Notes under the pieces: model-generated | Told to the model about the DNA's origin: nothing | Databases searched by the model: none | Seen by the model: the letters and a program-made list of their open reading frames with translations, nothing else | Made by a program: the position numbers and the translations under genes | Assembly: GCA_964354035.1 (NCBI GenBank) | Contig: CAYGYQ010000001.1 | Location: 557 to 64,556 of the forward strand | DNA length: 64,000 nucleotides | Source of the DNA: an uncultured Bordetella sp. | Lineage (GTDB): Bacteria > Pseudomonadota > Gammaproteobacteria > Burkholderiales > Casimicrobiaceae | Reading direction: 5' to 3' | Part shown: positions 25,741 to 36,483 of the stretch, in pieces | Position numbering within the stretch: position 1 is the first letter of the stretch | How the letters are laid out: each line of letters begins with the position of its first letter

Positions 25741-26522
25741 GGTTTCTCCTCTTGGTTGCCCAGCAGGCTAGGTGCGAGCCGCGAAGCGATGATGATAAGC
25801 GCGAGCGTGAGCAGCATCAACAGGGTCGACACGGCGTTGACCTCCGGCGTGACCGCGATCTTGATCATCGAGTAGATCTGCAGCGGGAGGGTCACGGTGC
25901 CGGCGCCGGCCGTGAAGAAGGTGATCACGAAGTCGTCGATCGACAGCGTGAACGCCATCAGCGCGCCGGCGATGACGCCGGGCATGATCAGCGGCAGCGT
26001 CACGTACCGGAACGCCTCGAGCGGCGTCGCGCCGCAGTCCCGGGCGGCCTCGGTCAGGCTCTCGTCCATCCCGGCCAGCCGGGAGCGCACGACGATGGCG
26101 ACAAAGCCGACGCAGAACGCGATGTGCGCCAGCGCCACCGAGACGAGTCCCAGCGTGAAGTTGAGCAGCACGAAGAAGATCAGCAGCGCCACCCCCATCA
26201 GGATCTCGGGGATCGCGATCGGTGTCAGCACCAGCACCGGCAGCAGCCGCAGCCGGTAGCGGTACATCGCCACGCCGGCCATCGTGCCCAGCACCGTCGA
26301 TACGAGGCTCGCGACCAGTGCGATCAGCAGCGAATTGCCCGCCGCGGCAAGCATCTCCTCGTTGTGGGCGAGCTTGCGGTACCAATCGAGAGTGAACCCG
26401 ACCCATTCGGCGTTGAGGCGCGAGTTGTTGAACGAGTAGACGACGACGATGACGAGCGGGATGTACAGGAAGGCGTACCCCACCGCCGCGGCGACCCAGA
26501 GGGCGAGCGGTCGCCTACGCAC
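25737..26522 (-). CDS. potC: Spermidine/putrescine ABC transporter permease
   Basis: 261 aa, 6-TM binding-protein-dependent permease with EAA-like loop (TEAARDCGATPLEAFRYVTLP). Confidence 0.85.
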   Translation of the reverse strand: MRRRPLALWVAAAVGYAFLYIPLVIVVVYSFNNSRLNAEWVGFTLDWYRKLAHNEEMLAAAGNSLLIALVASLVSTVLGTMAGVAMYRYRLRLLPVLVLTPIAIPEILMGVALLIFFVLLNFTLGLVSVALAHIAFCVGFVAIVVRSRLAGMDESLTEAARDCGATPLEAFRYVTLPLIMPGVIAGALMAFTLSIDDFVITFFTAGAGTVTLPLQIYSMIKIAVTPEVNAVSTLLMLLTLALIIIASRLAPSLLGNQEEKP

Positions 26523-27444
26523 GGGCGTCCCTCGCGCTCGAAGGGGTGCCGAGATTGCCGCGACCCACCCATGCCGCCAGTCCCGCCAGCAGCAGCGCCG
26601 CGACGGTCAGCACGATCGACAGCACGCTGCCGAAGGGCCAGTCGCGCGCTTCCAGGAATTGCTGCTTGATGACGTTGCCGATCAGGCTGTCTTCCGGACC
26701 GCCCAGAATGTCGGGAATCGCGAACATGCCGAGCGCCGGGATGAATACCAGTGCTGCGCCGGCATACACGCCCGGCAGCGACAGCGGAAACGTGATCCGC
26801 CAGAACCGCTGCCACGCGGAAGCCCCGAGATCCTGCGCGGCGTCGAGCAGCGCCTGGTCGTGCTTCTCCAGGTTCGCGTACAGCGGCAGCACCATGAACG
26901 GCAGGTGCACGTAGACGAGACAGGCCAGCACGGCGAAGGAACTGAACAGCAGTGAAACGGGTTCCATGCCGAGCGCGGCGAGGATGCCGTTGACGCTGCG
27001 CGCCAGTGCCGCCTGCGGCCCGAGGATGATCATCCAGGCGTAGATCCGGATCAGGAAGTTGCTCCAGAACGGCAGGATCACGAGGAGCAGCAGCAGATTG
27101 CGGTACCGCTTCGCGCTGCGGGCGATCAGCGCCGCCAGCGGGTAGGCGAGCGCGAGACACGCGAGCGTCGTCAGCAAGGCATACCAGACGGACTTGAGGA
27201 AGACCTGGGCGTAGACCGGCTCGGTGAGGAACCGGGCATAGCTGTCGACATTGAGGTCGAGCGCGCCCGCCTCGTCGACGAGCGGCGCCAGGCCCCCGAA
27301 TTCGCCGGGCGTACGGAACGACGCGAGCGCCATGATGAGCGTCGGGACCGCGAAGAAGACCAGCAGGTAGAGCAGCGGCGGCCCGCTGACCAGCCACTTG
27401 CCCAGCCGTCCGGAGGCGCGTGCGGCCATCGGCCTATTCCTCAA
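26515..27444 (-). CDS. potB: Spermidine/putrescine ABC transporter permease
   Basis: 309 aa permease with EAA-like loop (LDAAQDLGASAWQRFWRITFP). Confidence 0.85.
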   Translation of the reverse strand: MRNRPMAARASGRLGKWLVSGPPLLYLLVFFAVPTLIMALASFRTPGEFGGLAPLVDEAGALDLNVDSYARFLTEPVYAQVFLKSVWYALLTTLACLALAYPLAALIARSAKRYRNLLLLLVILPFWSNFLIRIYAWMIILGPQAALARSVNGILAALGMEPVSLLFSSFAVLACLVYVHLPFMVLPLYANLEKHDQALLDAAQDLGASAWQRFWRITFPLSLPGVYAGAALVFIPALGMFAIPDILGGPEDSLIGNVIKQQFLEARDWPFGSVLSIVLTVAALLLAGLAAWVGRGNLGTPSSARDARA

Positions 27445-28519
27445 TGAAATGCCCGGCGGCGACCGGCCAGCTCACTTCGACCGGGTCGCCCACTTCGAAG
27501 AACTTGGCGCGGCCGCTCGCCGAATTGGCGAGCAGCGCCTCGATCTTCTGCCCGCCCGGCGTGTCGACGATGTACACGGTCACGTCACCCATGTAGAGGA
27601 GGTCGGAGACCGTGCCGCGGAAATGATTGTCGGGCGTTCCGGCGGGAGCGCTCGCTTCGATGCGCGCCTTCTCGGGGCGCAGCGCGATGGTTCCCGGCCG
27701 ACCTGCAGCCAGCGTCGAGCGTGCGGCCACGCGCACCGGTCCCAGCCCGGCGACGTCGACGGTGACGATGCCCTCGCCGTTGGCCGTGATCGGCCCGGAC
27801 AGCAGGTTGCAGTGGCCGATGAAGTCGGCGACGAACCGTGTCCGCGGGAAGCTGTAGATTCGCGACGGCTCGTCCAGCTGCTCGACCCGGCCCGAGTTCA
27901 TCACCGCGATCCGGTGCGACAGGGCGAGCGCCTCGGTCTGGTCGTGCGTCACGTAGACAAAGGTGATGCCGACCTCCTTCTGCAGGTTGATGAGCTCGAT
28001 CTGCATGTCCTCGCGCAGCTTCGCGTCGAGTGCCGCCAGCGGCTCGTCGAGCAGCAGCACCGTCGGGTGCGTCACCAGGGCGCGGGCGATCGCGACGCGC
28101 TGCTTCTGCCCGCCGGAGAGCTCGTGCGGATAGCGTTTGCCGAAGCCCTTCAGGCGCACGTCCTCCAGTGCCTCGGCCACCTTGGCCGCGATCTGTCCCG
28201 GCGGTGTCTTCGCCATCTTCAGCGGAAATGCGACGTTGCCCTCGACGGTCATGTGCGGAAACAGCGCATAGCTCTGGAATACCGTGCGCACGGGGCGCTC
28301 TTCAGGGGGGCGCCCGGCGAGATCGACGCCGTCGAGCAGGATGCGGCCGGCGTCGGGCAGATCGAAGCCTGCGATCATGCGCAGCAGCGTCGTCTTGCCG
28401 CAGCCGGACGGACCCAGCAGCGTGAAGAATTCCCCTGCCTCGATGGCGAGACTGACGCCGTCGACCGCCGTGAAATCCCCAAAGCGCCGTGACACGTCCT
28501 GTATTTCGAGGAGCGTCAT
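27434..28519 (-). CDS. potA: Spermidine/putrescine import ATP-binding protein
   Basis: Walker A GPSGCGKTT, LSGGQKQR, LLLDEPLAALD, plus a C-terminal TOBE-like regulatory domain. Confidence 0.9.
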   Translation of the reverse strand: MTLLEIQDVSRRFGDFTAVDGVSLAIEAGEFFTLLGPSGCGKTTLLRMIAGFDLPDAGRILLDGVDLAGRPPEERPVRTVFQSYALFPHMTVEGNVAFPLKMAKTPPGQIAAKVAEALEDVRLKGFGKRYPHELSGGQKQRVAIARALVTHPTVLLLDEPLAALDAKLREDMQIELINLQKEVGITFVYVTHDQTEALALSHRIAVMNSGRVEQLDEPSRIYSFPRTRFVADFIGHCNLLSGPITANGEGIVTVDVAGLGPVRVAARSTLAAGRPGTIALRPEKARIEASAPAGTPDNHFRGTVSDLLYMGDVTVYIVDTPGGQKIEALLANSASGRAKFFEVGDPVEVSWPVAAGHFIEE

Positions 28520-28523
28520 CGTT

Positions 28524-30059
28524 CTACCCGGACCGGATTTGCCAGAGCAGCAGGCCCGCCACTGCCGCCAGCAGCATCGCTACGACGGCCAGCAGCACGT
28601 TGCGCATGCGCTGCGCCGCGGCGAGCCCCTTGATCGCTTCGTCCCCTGCCGCCACGGGCGCCATGAGGCGCTGGTGGATGAGCCGCGGCAGCTCGGGCAG
28701 TGCCGCGGCAATGTACGGCGCCTCGGCCAGCAGCCGCCGCTTCAGCGCCGGCAGGCCGATCCGGTCGTTCATCCAGCGTTCGAGATAGGGCAGCGCCGTC
28801 ACCCAGAGGTCGAGGTTGGGATCGAGCTGGCGACCCAGGCCTTCCACGTTGAGCAGCGTCTTCTGCAACAGCACGAGCTGCGGCTGGATCTCGACGTTGA
28901 AGCGGCGCGAGGCGCGGAAGAGCTGCAGCAGGACGCGGCCTAGTGAAATCTCGGATAGCGGGCGGTCGAAAGCGGGCTCCAGCACGACGCGGATCTCGGC
29001 TTCGAGCTCGTCGACCCGGGTGTCCGGCGGCACCCAGCCCGATTCGAGGTGCGCGGTTGCGACGCGGTGGTAGTCGCGGCGGAAGAAGGCGAGGAAATTC
29101 TGTGCGAGGTAGCCCTGGTCGCGCTCGGACAGCGTGCCCATGATCCCGAAGTCGACGGCGATGTACTTGCCGTGGTGCGGGGCTTCCGTGGCGACGAAGA
29201 TGTTGCCGGGATGCATGTCGGCGTGGAAGTAGGCGTCGCGGAAGACCTGCGTGAAGAAGAGCTCGACGCCGGCGCGGGCGAGCCGCGGAATGTCGATGCC
29301 CGCTTCGCGCAACCGGTCGACCTGCGCGATCGGGATGCCGGTCATCCGCTCCATCACCATGACGTCGGTGCCGCAGTAGTCCCAGTGCACCGCTGGCACG
29401 AGCAACAGCGGCGAATGCTGGAAGTTCCGGCGCAGCTGCGAGCAGTTCGCCGCCTCGCGCGACAGATCGAGCTCGTCGGAGAGCGTCCGCTCGAACTCGG
29501 CGACGACCGCGCGCGGGCGCAGCCGCTTGCCGTCCGACCACAGCTTCTCGAGCAGCATCGCGCCGGCCTGCAGCAGCGACAGGTCCTTCTCGATCACCTG
29601 CGCGATGTTCGGCCGCAACACCTTGACCGCGACCGGCGTGCCGTCGGGCAGCTCGGCGAAATGCACCTGGGCGACGGATGCGCTTGCGATCGGCGTCCGG
29701 TCGAACGACCGGAAAACCGCGTCGACCGGCTTGCCGTACAGCCGGGTGAGGGTTTTGAGCACCTGCTCCGTGGCAAACGGCGGCACGCGGTCCTGCAGTT
29801 TCGCGAGCTCGTCGGCGATGTCCGCCGGCAGCAGATCGCGCCGCGTGGAGAGCATCTGACCGAACTTGACGAAGATCGGACCCAGATCCTCCAGCGCGAG
29901 CCGCAGCCGCTGCCCGCGCGGGGCGGAGGTGTCGCGCCAGAACGTCAGCGCGCGCGCTGCCGGGCGAACCGCGCGGAACCGCTCGTGGCCGGTCAGGAAC
30001 TCGTCGAGCCCGTACTTGAGGGCTATGACGACGATTATCGCAAGGCGCGTAATACGCAT
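28524..30059 (-). CDS. ubiB: Ubiquinone biosynthesis protein kinase-like UbiB
   Basis: 511 aa ABC1/UbiB family ([20 protein letters not shown]..., [10 protein letters not shown]) with C-terminal TM segments. Follows ubiJ. Confidence 0.9.
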   Translation of the reverse strand: MRITRLAIIVVIALKYGLDEFLTGHERFRAVRPAARALTFWRDTSAPRGQRLRLALEDLGPIFVKFGQMLSTRRDLLPADIADELAKLQDRVPPFATEQVLKTLTRLYGKPVDAVFRSFDRTPIASASVAQVHFAELPDGTPVAVKVLRPNIAQVIEKDLSLLQAGAMLLEKLWSDGKRLRPRAVVAEFERTLSDELDLSREAANCSQLRRNFQHSPLLLVPAVHWDYCGTDVMVMERMTGIPIAQVDRLREAGIDIPRLARAGVELFFTQVFRDAYFHADMHPGNIFVATEAPHHGKYIAVDFGIMGTLSERDQGYLAQNFLAFFRRDYHRVATAHLESGWVPPDTRVDELEAEIRVVLEPAFDRPLSEISLGRVLLQLFRASRRFNVEIQPQLVLLQKTLLNVEGLGRQLDPNLDLWVTALPYLERWMNDRIGLPALKRRLLAEAPYIAAALPELPRLIHQRLMAPVAAGDEAIKGLAAAQRMRNVLLAVVAMLLAAVAGLLLWQIRSG

Positions 30060-30163
30060 CCCGCCGATTGTAAGGGATACGCCCGCGGCAGCCGGGGCTT
30101 TGGTCCGGGGTCAACGGCCATGCGGGCACAAACGTTGCTAGGATCCGGCTGGAGACCCCCGAT

Positions 30164-30814
30164 ATGAAGGAACGCCGGCAGTCGCAGGGAGAAGAGATCG
30201 CCAACAGCGTGAGCCACGGGGTGGGCTTCGTCATGGCCGTCGCGTCGGCCCCGGTTCTCATCTCGGTCACGGCCCAGACGGGCACCTCCGCCAACATCGT
30301 CGGCGCCAGCGTATTCGCGGCGACGATGGTCCTGCTCTACTGCGCATCGACGCTCTACCACGCCGTGTCGCACGACGCGGCCAAGGCGCTGTTCAGGAAG
30401 CTCGACCACGGCGCGATCTTCCTGCTGATCGCCGGCACCTACACCCCGTTCACGCTCGGTCCCTTGAACGGGCCCATGGGCTGGACGCTGTTCGGGCTCG
30501 TCTGGGGCCTGGCCGTCGTCGGCGTGACGCTGAAGGCCTTCGATCGGATCGAGCACCCGGTCGCGTCGCTTTCCCTCTACCTGGTGATGGGATGGCTGTG
30601 CGTGATCGCGATCGAGCCGCTGCAGCAGCGCGTGCCCCTGCCGGGCCTGCTGCTGCTGGGCGCCGGAGGGCTGGCTTACATGGCGGGCGTGGCGTTCTTC
30701 ACCGTCGACTCACGGCTGCGCTACGGGCACTTCATCTGGCATCTGTTCGTGCTCGCCGGCACCGCCTGCCACTTCTTCGCCGTGCTGGGTTACGCCGCGC
30801 CGGCGGCGCCTTAG
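30164..30814 (+). CDS. Hemolysin III / PAQR family channel protein
   Basis: 7-TM, 216 aa, with EEIANSVSHGVG, STLYHAV and LDHGAIFLLIAGTYTPF motifs. Confidence 0.85.
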   Translation: MKERRQSQGEEIANSVSHGVGFVMAVASAPVLISVTAQTGTSANIVGASVFAATMVLLYCASTLYHAVSHDAAKALFRKLDHGAIFLLIAGTYTPFTLGPLNGPMGWTLFGLVWGLAVVGVTLKAFDRIEHPVASLSLYLVMGWLCVIAIEPLQQRVPLPGLLLLGAGGLAYMAGVAFFTVDSRLRYGHFIWHLFVLAGTACHFFAVLGYAAPAAP

Positions 30815-30843
30815 GGCCCCGGCGTCTGGCGGTGACGGCCGGC

Positions 30844-31443
30844 TCAGGCGGAGGCGAGGCGCGCGGCCAGCGCGTCGACGCGCCGCGAAAGGGCATCGAC
30901 CCGGGTGGCCGTTGCCAGGATCTCGTCGCCGACCGAACGCGCCTCCGCGGCTTTCGCGGCGAAGCGGGTTTCGTCGCGCACATAGCTGGCGATGCTGGCG
31001 CCGACACGCGCGCCGGCGTACGCGGGAAGTGCGAGCAGGCGCCGTCCAGCTTCGGCGATGCGCAGGCCGACAATCGGACCCAGGGCCCCGGCGAGCGCCC
31101 GTTCGACGAACCACGGCAGCGTTTCGGCGAGCCCTTTCAGCGTGGTGGCGAGGGCGGGATCGCCGTCGACGGCAACGAATTCGTCCCAGCGAGTCGGTTC
31201 GGCCAGCAGCGACGGCGCGGCCAGCGGCGAAATGGTCAGCGTGAGGTCCGGGGGACCATCCCGGTGCGGTGCGGCACTGATCGCCCCGGCCTCGTCGATG
31301 CTCATCGACGTCACCAGGGGCCCGACCGCGACGGCAAAAACGCGTCCGGCGTGCGCGGCGAGGCAGGTTTGCGCCCACGCCTCGCGTCCGAGGACGCGGT
31401 TGGCGAGCGCGGCGGGCAGTGCCGCCGGGTCGAAGCGCAACAA
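30844..31443 (-). CDS. ubiJ: SCP2-like ubiquinone biosynthesis accessory factor UbiJ
   Basis: 199 aa. Called mainly from its position between the Tim44-like gene and ubiB, plus an N-terminal SCP2-like region and a C-terminal coiled segment. Confidence 0.65.
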   Translation of the reverse strand: MLRFDPAALPAALANRVLGREAWAQTCLAAHAGRVFAVAVGPLVTSMSIDEAGAISAAPHRDGPPDLTLTISPLAAPSLLAEPTRWDEFVAVDGDPALATTLKGLAETLPWFVERALAGALGPIVGLRIAEAGRRLLALPAYAGARVGASIASYVRDETRFAAKAAEARSVGDEILATATRVDALSRRVDALAARLASA

Positions 31444-31457
31444 CTTGGCCTCAGCGC

Positions 31458-31601
31458 CCGCCCGGCCGCCCGAAGGGCGCTGTGCGCCCCCCCAGGGGGC
31501 AGCGAACGCAGTGAGCGTGGGGGCTGTTCATCTGCCGCCCGGCCGCCCGAAGGGCGCTGTGCGCCCCCCCAGGGGGCAGCGAACGCCGTGAGCGTGGGGG
31601 C
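31458..31601. repeat. Tandem direct repeat, 2 x 67 nt (period 77 nt), REP-like
   Basis: 31458-31524 and 31535-31601 are identical at 66 of 67 positions (A31510 versus C31587). Each copy contains hairpins CGCCC-gaa-GGGCG and GCCCCC-cca-GGGGGC. Lies in the ubiJ / Tim44-like intergenic gap. Confidence 0.9.
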
Positions 31602-31604
31602 CGA

Positions 31605-32543
31605 TCATCCGGGTTGCTGAATCCCGGCGAGCAGCCAGCCGGTCTTGCCGACGACCGGCTTCGACAGGTTCCAGACCTCGTCGAAGGGCACTGGCGTGGT
31701 GCCGGTGCCCTCGCGCATGGTCCCGGTGAACCGGACGCTCGCCCAGTGCCGATCGCCTTCCGTCACCACTTCGAGCACTTCGGCGGCGAGGGTCACGACT
31801 TCGGTGGCCGAACGTGCGTTCCCGCTGTCCTGGTCACGCATCACTTCGAGCTGCATTTCGGGCGTCAGCAGGTCGCCGAGCGCTTCACGGTCACCGGTGT
31901 CGTAGGCGGCCTGCAAGCGGACGAATTGCAGCTTTGCGTGCCTGGCGAAACCCTCGGCGTCGAACCCCGGAGGGAACGTCTGTACGATCGCTGGCGTTGC
32001 CGTGGCGGGACCCAGCACCGGCTCGATCCGCGCCGCGCCGCCCGATGATTCCGGCGTTGCGGATTTCTCGAAAGTGGTCGGCGCCGCGTCGGGGCCGCGC
32101 GCCCCCGCGTAGGCCAGCGGCGGCGTCTGCCCCCGCCGCGCGAGCAGCATGCGCACCAGGACCACGCCGCCGATCACCAGCAGCGCTATCAGAAGGAAGC
32201 TACCAAGCCCCTCGGGAAGCCCGAAATGCGACAGCAGCGCGGCCAGCCCCAGGCCGGCGGCGAGGCCGGCGATCGGGCCCAGCCAGCGGGAGGCGCCGGA
32301 GGCGGCCGGTGCCGCTGCGGTGATTGGCTTGGCGGGAAGCGTCGCACCGGGCGTGGCCGGCATGACCGGCTGCGAGGCCGCTGCCGGTGGCGTTGCGGCC
32401 GGCGGCACCGATGCGCGGGGGGCCACGCTGGGGCGCTGCGCGCCGAAGCTCTTGCCGCCGCTGAATCGTGCAGCGCTCGCGTCGTCGATCACCAGCGTCA
32501 CCGCGGCGAGCAGGGCTATGGCAATGATTCCAGTACGTTTCAT
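31605..32543 (-). CDS. Tim44-like domain protein (membrane-anchored)
   Basis: Signal/anchor sequence, an Ala/Pro-rich linker, a TM segment, then a C-terminal Tim44-like domain (FDAEGFARHAKLQFVRLQAAYDTGD...WLLAGIQQ). Confidence 0.75.
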   Translation of the reverse strand: MKRTGIIAIALLAAVTLVIDDASAARFSGGKSFGAQRPSVAPRASVPPAATPPAAASQPVMPATPGATLPAKPITAAAPAASGASRWLGPIAGLAAGLGLAALLSHFGLPEGLGSFLLIALLVIGGVVLVRMLLARRGQTPPLAYAGARGPDAAPTTFEKSATPESSGGAARIEPVLGPATATPAIVQTFPPGFDAEGFARHAKLQFVRLQAAYDTGDREALGDLLTPEMQLEVMRDQDSGNARSATEVVTLAAEVLEVVTEGDRHWASVRFTGTMREGTGTTPVPFDEVWNLSKPVVGKTGWLLAGIQQPG

Positions 32544-32581
32544 TCCGTTCTCCAGTTCCCCGTGGGCCGGGCAAATCGTGT

Positions 32582-33316
32582 TCAGAAGCGATAGCCGAGG
32601 TGGACGGCGACCACGCCGGCCATCAGATTGTAGACTTCGACCCGGTCGAATCGCGCTTGTTCCATCATCGCCTTGAGTGTGGCCTGGTCCGGGTGCATCC
32701 GGATCGACTCGGCAAGGTAGCGGTAGCTCGCGTCATCCCCGGCCACGAGGCGGCCCACCCGGGGCAGCACGTTGAAACTATACCAGTCATACGCCGGGGC
32801 GAGCGGCGCCCAGACCCGGGAGAACTCCAGCACGACCGCCACGCCGCCCGGCTTCAGCACCCGGCGCATCTCGGCGAGCGCGCATTCCTTGCGGGTCACG
32901 TTGCGCAGCCCGAACGCGATGCTCACGCAGTCGAAGTGCGCTTCCGGGAACGGCAGCTTTTCCGCGTCGCACTGTACCACGGGCAGCAGGTGGCCCACAT
33001 CGAGCAGCCGATCGCGGCCGGCGCTGAGCATCGCGCCGTTGATGTCGGTCAGCACAACCTCGCCTTCCGGGCCGACCCGACGCGCGAACTGGAGCGCCAG
33101 ATCGCCGGTGCCGCCGGCCAGGTCGAGCACGCGCATCCCGGCGCGAACATGCGTGGCGTTGACGGCGAACCGCTTCCACAGCCGATGCAGGCCGGCCGAC
33201 ATGAGATCGTTCATCAGGTCGTACTTGCCCGCGACCGATTCGAACACGCCACGCACGCGCAGCGCCTTGTCCTCGACCGGGACCTGCTCGAAACCGAAAT
33301 GGGTGCGCTCGCTCAT
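32582..33316 (-). CDS. ubiE: Demethylmenaquinone/ubiquinone C-methyltransferase UbiE
   Basis: ATG at 33316. [36 protein letters not shown]...[10 protein letters not shown] is the classic UbiE/MenG signature. Confidence 0.9.
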   Translation of the reverse strand: MSERTHFGFEQVPVEDKALRVRGVFESVAGKYDLMNDLMSAGLHRLWKRFAVNATHVRAGMRVLDLAGGTGDLALQFARRVGPEGEVVLTDINGAMLSAGRDRLLDVGHLLPVVQCDAEKLPFPEAHFDCVSIAFGLRNVTRKECALAEMRRVLKPGGVAVVLEFSRVWAPLAPAYDWYSFNVLPRVGRLVAGDDASYRYLAESIRMHPDQATLKAMMEQARFDRVEVYNLMAGVVAVHLGYRF

Positions 33317-33365
33317 CGGCGAGCCTGCCGGGGCAGGCACGGGACCTTTCTCCACCGGGGCCGCC

Positions 33366-34526
33366 CTACATGCGCCCGGGCGTGGCGTCGGGCACGATGT
33401 CGAGATTGCCGATTCCCGAGAAGACGTTGCGCCCTTTCGCGTCCTTGCCCTGCAGCTTGATTTGAAGCCGCAGATCGTTGAGCGAATCGGCATTGCGCAA
33501 TGCATCCTCGTAGCTGATGAGGTCGGCCTCGTACAGGCCGAACAGCGATTGGTCAAACGTCTGCATGCCGAGCTCGGTCGACTTCTTCATGATTTCCTTG
33601 ATCCCCGACACGTCGCCCTTGAAGATCAGGTCGGAAATGAGCGGAGAGTTCAGCATCACCTCGACCGCCGGCACGCGGCCCTTGCCGTCGCGCCGCGGGA
33701 TCAGCCGCTGCGCGATGAACGCGCGGATGTTGAGCGACAGGTCCATCAGCAGCTGCGCGCGGCGCTCCTCGGGAAAGAAATTGATGATCCGGTCGAGCGC
33801 CTGGTTGGTGCTGTTCGCGTGCAGCGTGGCCAGGCACAGGTGGCCCGTTTCCGCGAACGAGATCGCGTAGTCCATCGTCTCGCGCTCGCGCACTTCGCCA
33901 ATCAGGATGACGTCCGGCGCCTGGCGCAGCGTGTTCTTCAGCGCGATCCCCCAGTCGTCCGTGTCCACGCCGACCTCGCGTTGCGTGAGGATGCAGTTCC
34001 GGTGCTCGTGGACGAACTCGATCGGGTCCTCGATCGTGATGATGTGGCCATGGCTGTTCTCGTTGCGGTAGCCGAGCAGAGAGGCCATTGACGTCGATTT
34101 GCCGCAGCCGGTGGCGCCGACGAACATCATGATGCCGCGCTTCGACATGATGATGTCCTTCAGCACCGGCGGCAGCCCGAGTTCCTCGAAGGCCGGGATG
34201 TCGGTCGTGATCGTCCGCAATACCATGCCGATGCGGCCCTGCTGGACAAAGGCGTTGACCCGGAAGCGCCCTACGCCCGGTGGCGCAATGGCGAAATTGC
34301 ACTCTTTCGTCGACTCGAACTCGGCGGCCTGCTTGTCGTTCATGACGCTGCGCACGAGCTCCATCGTGTGCTGTGGTGTCAGCCCGGTTTTCGACACCGG
34401 CTGCACGCGGCCGTCGACCTTGATCGCGGGAGGAAAGCCCGCGGTGATGAAGAGGTCGGACCCATTCTGCTTGACCACGAGATTGAGCAGCTCGTGAATG
34501 AAATTCGTGGCGCGTTCGCGTTCCAT
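33366..34526 (-). CDS. pilU: Type IV pilus retraction ATPase PilU
   Basis: ATG at 34526. PilT-family ATPase with Walker [10 protein letters not shown] and [10 protein letters not shown]. Downstream of pilT, and has the longer C-terminus typical of PilU. Confidence 0.85.
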   Translation of the reverse strand: MERERATNFIHELLNLVVKQNGSDLFITAGFPPAIKVDGRVQPVSKTGLTPQHTMELVRSVMNDKQAAEFESTKECNFAIAPPGVGRFRVNAFVQQGRIGMVLRTITTDIPAFEELGLPPVLKDIIMSKRGIMMFVGATGCGKSTSMASLLGYRNENSHGHIITIEDPIEFVHEHRNCILTQREVGVDTDDWGIALKNTLRQAPDVILIGEVRERETMDYAISFAETGHLCLATLHANSTNQALDRIINFFPEERRAQLLMDLSLNIRAFIAQRLIPRRDGKGRVPAVEVMLNSPLISDLIFKGDVSGIKEIMKKSTELGMQTFDQSLFGLYEADLISYEDALRNADSLNDLRLQIKLQGKDAKGRNVFSGIGNLDIVPDATPGRM

Positions 34527-34581
34527 CGTGCGCTCTCCTTGTCGCGCGGGCCGCGCGGGGCAGTACGGCAAACGCGCCCGC

Positions 34582-35625
34582 TCAACCCATGAACAGATCC
34601 TTGTTGACGGCGCGGGTCTTGGCCTCGGCGACATTCACCATGTTCCGCCGCACCATTTCGACCAGGCACTGGTCGAGCGTTTGCATGCCGATGTTCTGGC
34701 CGGTCTGGATCGCCGAGTACATCTGCGCGACCTTGCCTTCGCGGATGAGGTTGCGGATCGCGGGGGTGCCGATCATGATCTCGTGCGCCGCGACGCGGCC
34801 CTCGCCGTCCTTGGTCTTGAGCAGCGACTGCGAGATCACGGAGACCAGCGATTCCGAAAGCATCGCGCGGACCATTTCCTTTTCCGCGGCGGGAAACACG
34901 TCGATGATCCGGTCGATCGTCTTGGCGGCTGAACTGGTGTGCAAGGTCGCGAAAACGAGGTGGCCGGTCTCGGCGGCGGTGAGGGCGAGGCGGATCGTCT
35001 CGAGGTCGCGCATTTCGCCGACCAGGATGTAGTCGGGGTCCTCCCGCAGCGCGCTGCGCAGAGCGTTGGGGAACGACAGCGTGTGCGGGCCGAGCTCGCG
35101 CTGGTTGATCAGGCACTTCTTGGACTCGTGCATGAACTCGATCGGGTCTTCGATCGTCAGAATGTGCCCGTACATGTTCGCGTTGACCTGGTCCACCATC
35201 GCGGCCAGCGTGGTCGACTTGCCGGAGCCGGTCGGGCCGGTGACCAGGATCAGCCCGCGGGGCCGGTTCGTCATCTCGGCGAAGACTTTCGGCGCATGGA
35301 GATCCTCGAGCGACAGCACCTTGGACGGGATGGTCCGGAACGCAGCCGCCGCGCCGCGCGACTGCACGAACGCATTGACGCGGAAACGGGCGAGGTTGGG
35401 CACCGCGAAGCTGAAGTCGCATTCGAGGTTTTCCTCGTAGCCCTTCCGCTGGGCGTCGCTCATGATGTCGTACACCATGGAGTGGACGTCCTCGTGCTCC
35501 ATCGGGGGCAGGTTGATCCGGCGGACGTCGCCGTGCACCCGGATCATCGGCGGCAGCCCAGCCGAAAGATGGAGGTCGGATGCCTTGTTCTTGACGGCGA
35601 AGGCCAGAAGTTCGGTGATGTCCAT
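34582..35625 (-). CDS. pilT: Type IV pilus twitching-motility ATPase PilT
   Basis: 347 aa: MDITELLAFAVKNKASDLHLSAG..., [39 protein letters not shown]. Confidence 0.92.
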   Translation of the reverse strand: MDITELLAFAVKNKASDLHLSAGLPPMIRVHGDVRRINLPPMEHEDVHSMVYDIMSDAQRKGYEENLECDFSFAVPNLARFRVNAFVQSRGAAAAFRTIPSKVLSLEDLHAPKVFAEMTNRPRGLILVTGPTGSGKSTTLAAMVDQVNANMYGHILTIEDPIEFMHESKKCLINQRELGPHTLSFPNALRSALREDPDYILVGEMRDLETIRLALTAAETGHLVFATLHTSSAAKTIDRIIDVFPAAEKEMVRAMLSESLVSVISQSLLKTKDGEGRVAAHEIMIGTPAIRNLIREGKVAQMYSAIQTGQNIGMQTLDQCLVEMVRRNMVNVAEAKTRAVNKDLFMG

Positions 35626-35732
35626 CTATAATCCCTGATGCGGTCCGCGGACCCTGGCTGGCAGGACTGGAGCAATGGGGGCATGCAATCCCCGTGCCAA
35701 AAACGGCGTTCGCATGCCGGCGTCATTCGATT

Positions 35733-36416
35733 ATGTTCCACTACGAGAAGGCGTGGCAAGACGTCATGGCGCGGATCGGCTGCGCGGCGCGCGCGCGCGG
35801 CCGCGATCCGGCGGAGGTGCGGCTGGTCGCCGTCAGCAAGACCTTCCCGGCCGAGGCGATACGCGCAGTCCACGCGCTCGGACAGCGTGATTTCGGCGAA
35901 AACTACGTGCAGGAGGCCGCGGCCAAGATGGCGAGCCTGTCTGACCTTGCCGACATCCAGTGGCATCTGATCGGACCACTGCAGAGCAACAAGGCCGCCA
36001 TTGCCGCGTCGCGCTTTGCGTGGGTGCAAACCGTCGATCGGGCGAAGATCGCGGCGCGGCTCGCGGCCGCGCGCCCGGTCGACATGACGCCGCTTTCCGT
36101 CTGCATACAGGTCAATGCCAGCGGCGAGGCGTCGAAGAGCGGAGTGACGCCAGGGGAGGTGGTCGGCCTCGCGCGGGTCGTCGCCGGGCTGCCTCGGTTG
36201 AGGTTGCGCGGCATCATGGGCATTCCGGAGCCCTCCCCCGACGCCGGACGGCGTCGGGCACAATTCCAGGTCCTGCGCGATAGTTTCGAGGAATGCCGCG
36301 CGCAGGGACTGCCGGTGGACACGCTGTCGATGGGGATGTCGGCCGACCTCGAAGAGGCCATCGCCGAGGGTGCGACGCTGGTGCGGGTGGGAACCTCGAT
36401 TTTCGGTGCACGATGA
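35733..36416 (+). CDS. yggS: YggS-family pyridoxal-phosphate homeostasis protein
   Basis: VRLVAVSKTFPAE...FGENYVQE...WHLIGPLQSNK...SMGMSADLEEAI. ATG at 35733; GTG 35694 is an alternative start. Confidence 0.85.
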   Translation: MFHYEKAWQDVMARIGCAARARGRDPAEVRLVAVSKTFPAEAIRAVHALGQRDFGENYVQEAAAKMASLSDLADIQWHLIGPLQSNKAAIAASRFAWVQTVDRAKIAARLAAARPVDMTPLSVCIQVNASGEASKSGVTPGEVVGLARVVAGLPRLRLRGIMGIPEPSPDAGRRRAQFQVLRDSFEECRAQGLPVDTLSMGMSADLEEAIAEGATLVRVGTSIFGAR

Positions 36417-36483
36417 GGCGAATCCGTCCGGCAAGGAAACACCCGGGGCCTTGAACGACGGGTGCCAGGGGGAACCAACAGAC

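Noticed and set aside
31458-31601. Possible CRISPR array.
   Set aside because: There are only two repeat copies, a 10-nt spacer, 67-nt units and no cas genes. It is a tandem or REP-like repeat, not a CRISPR array.
35627-35653. TATAAT hexamer (35627-35632) and perfect palindrome GGTCCGCGGACC (35642-35653) in the pilT / yggS divergent region.
   Set aside because: Both are real in the sequence. However, the hexamer abuts the pilT start codon, there is no -35 box, and no known operator consensus matches. That is too weak to call a promoter or operator.
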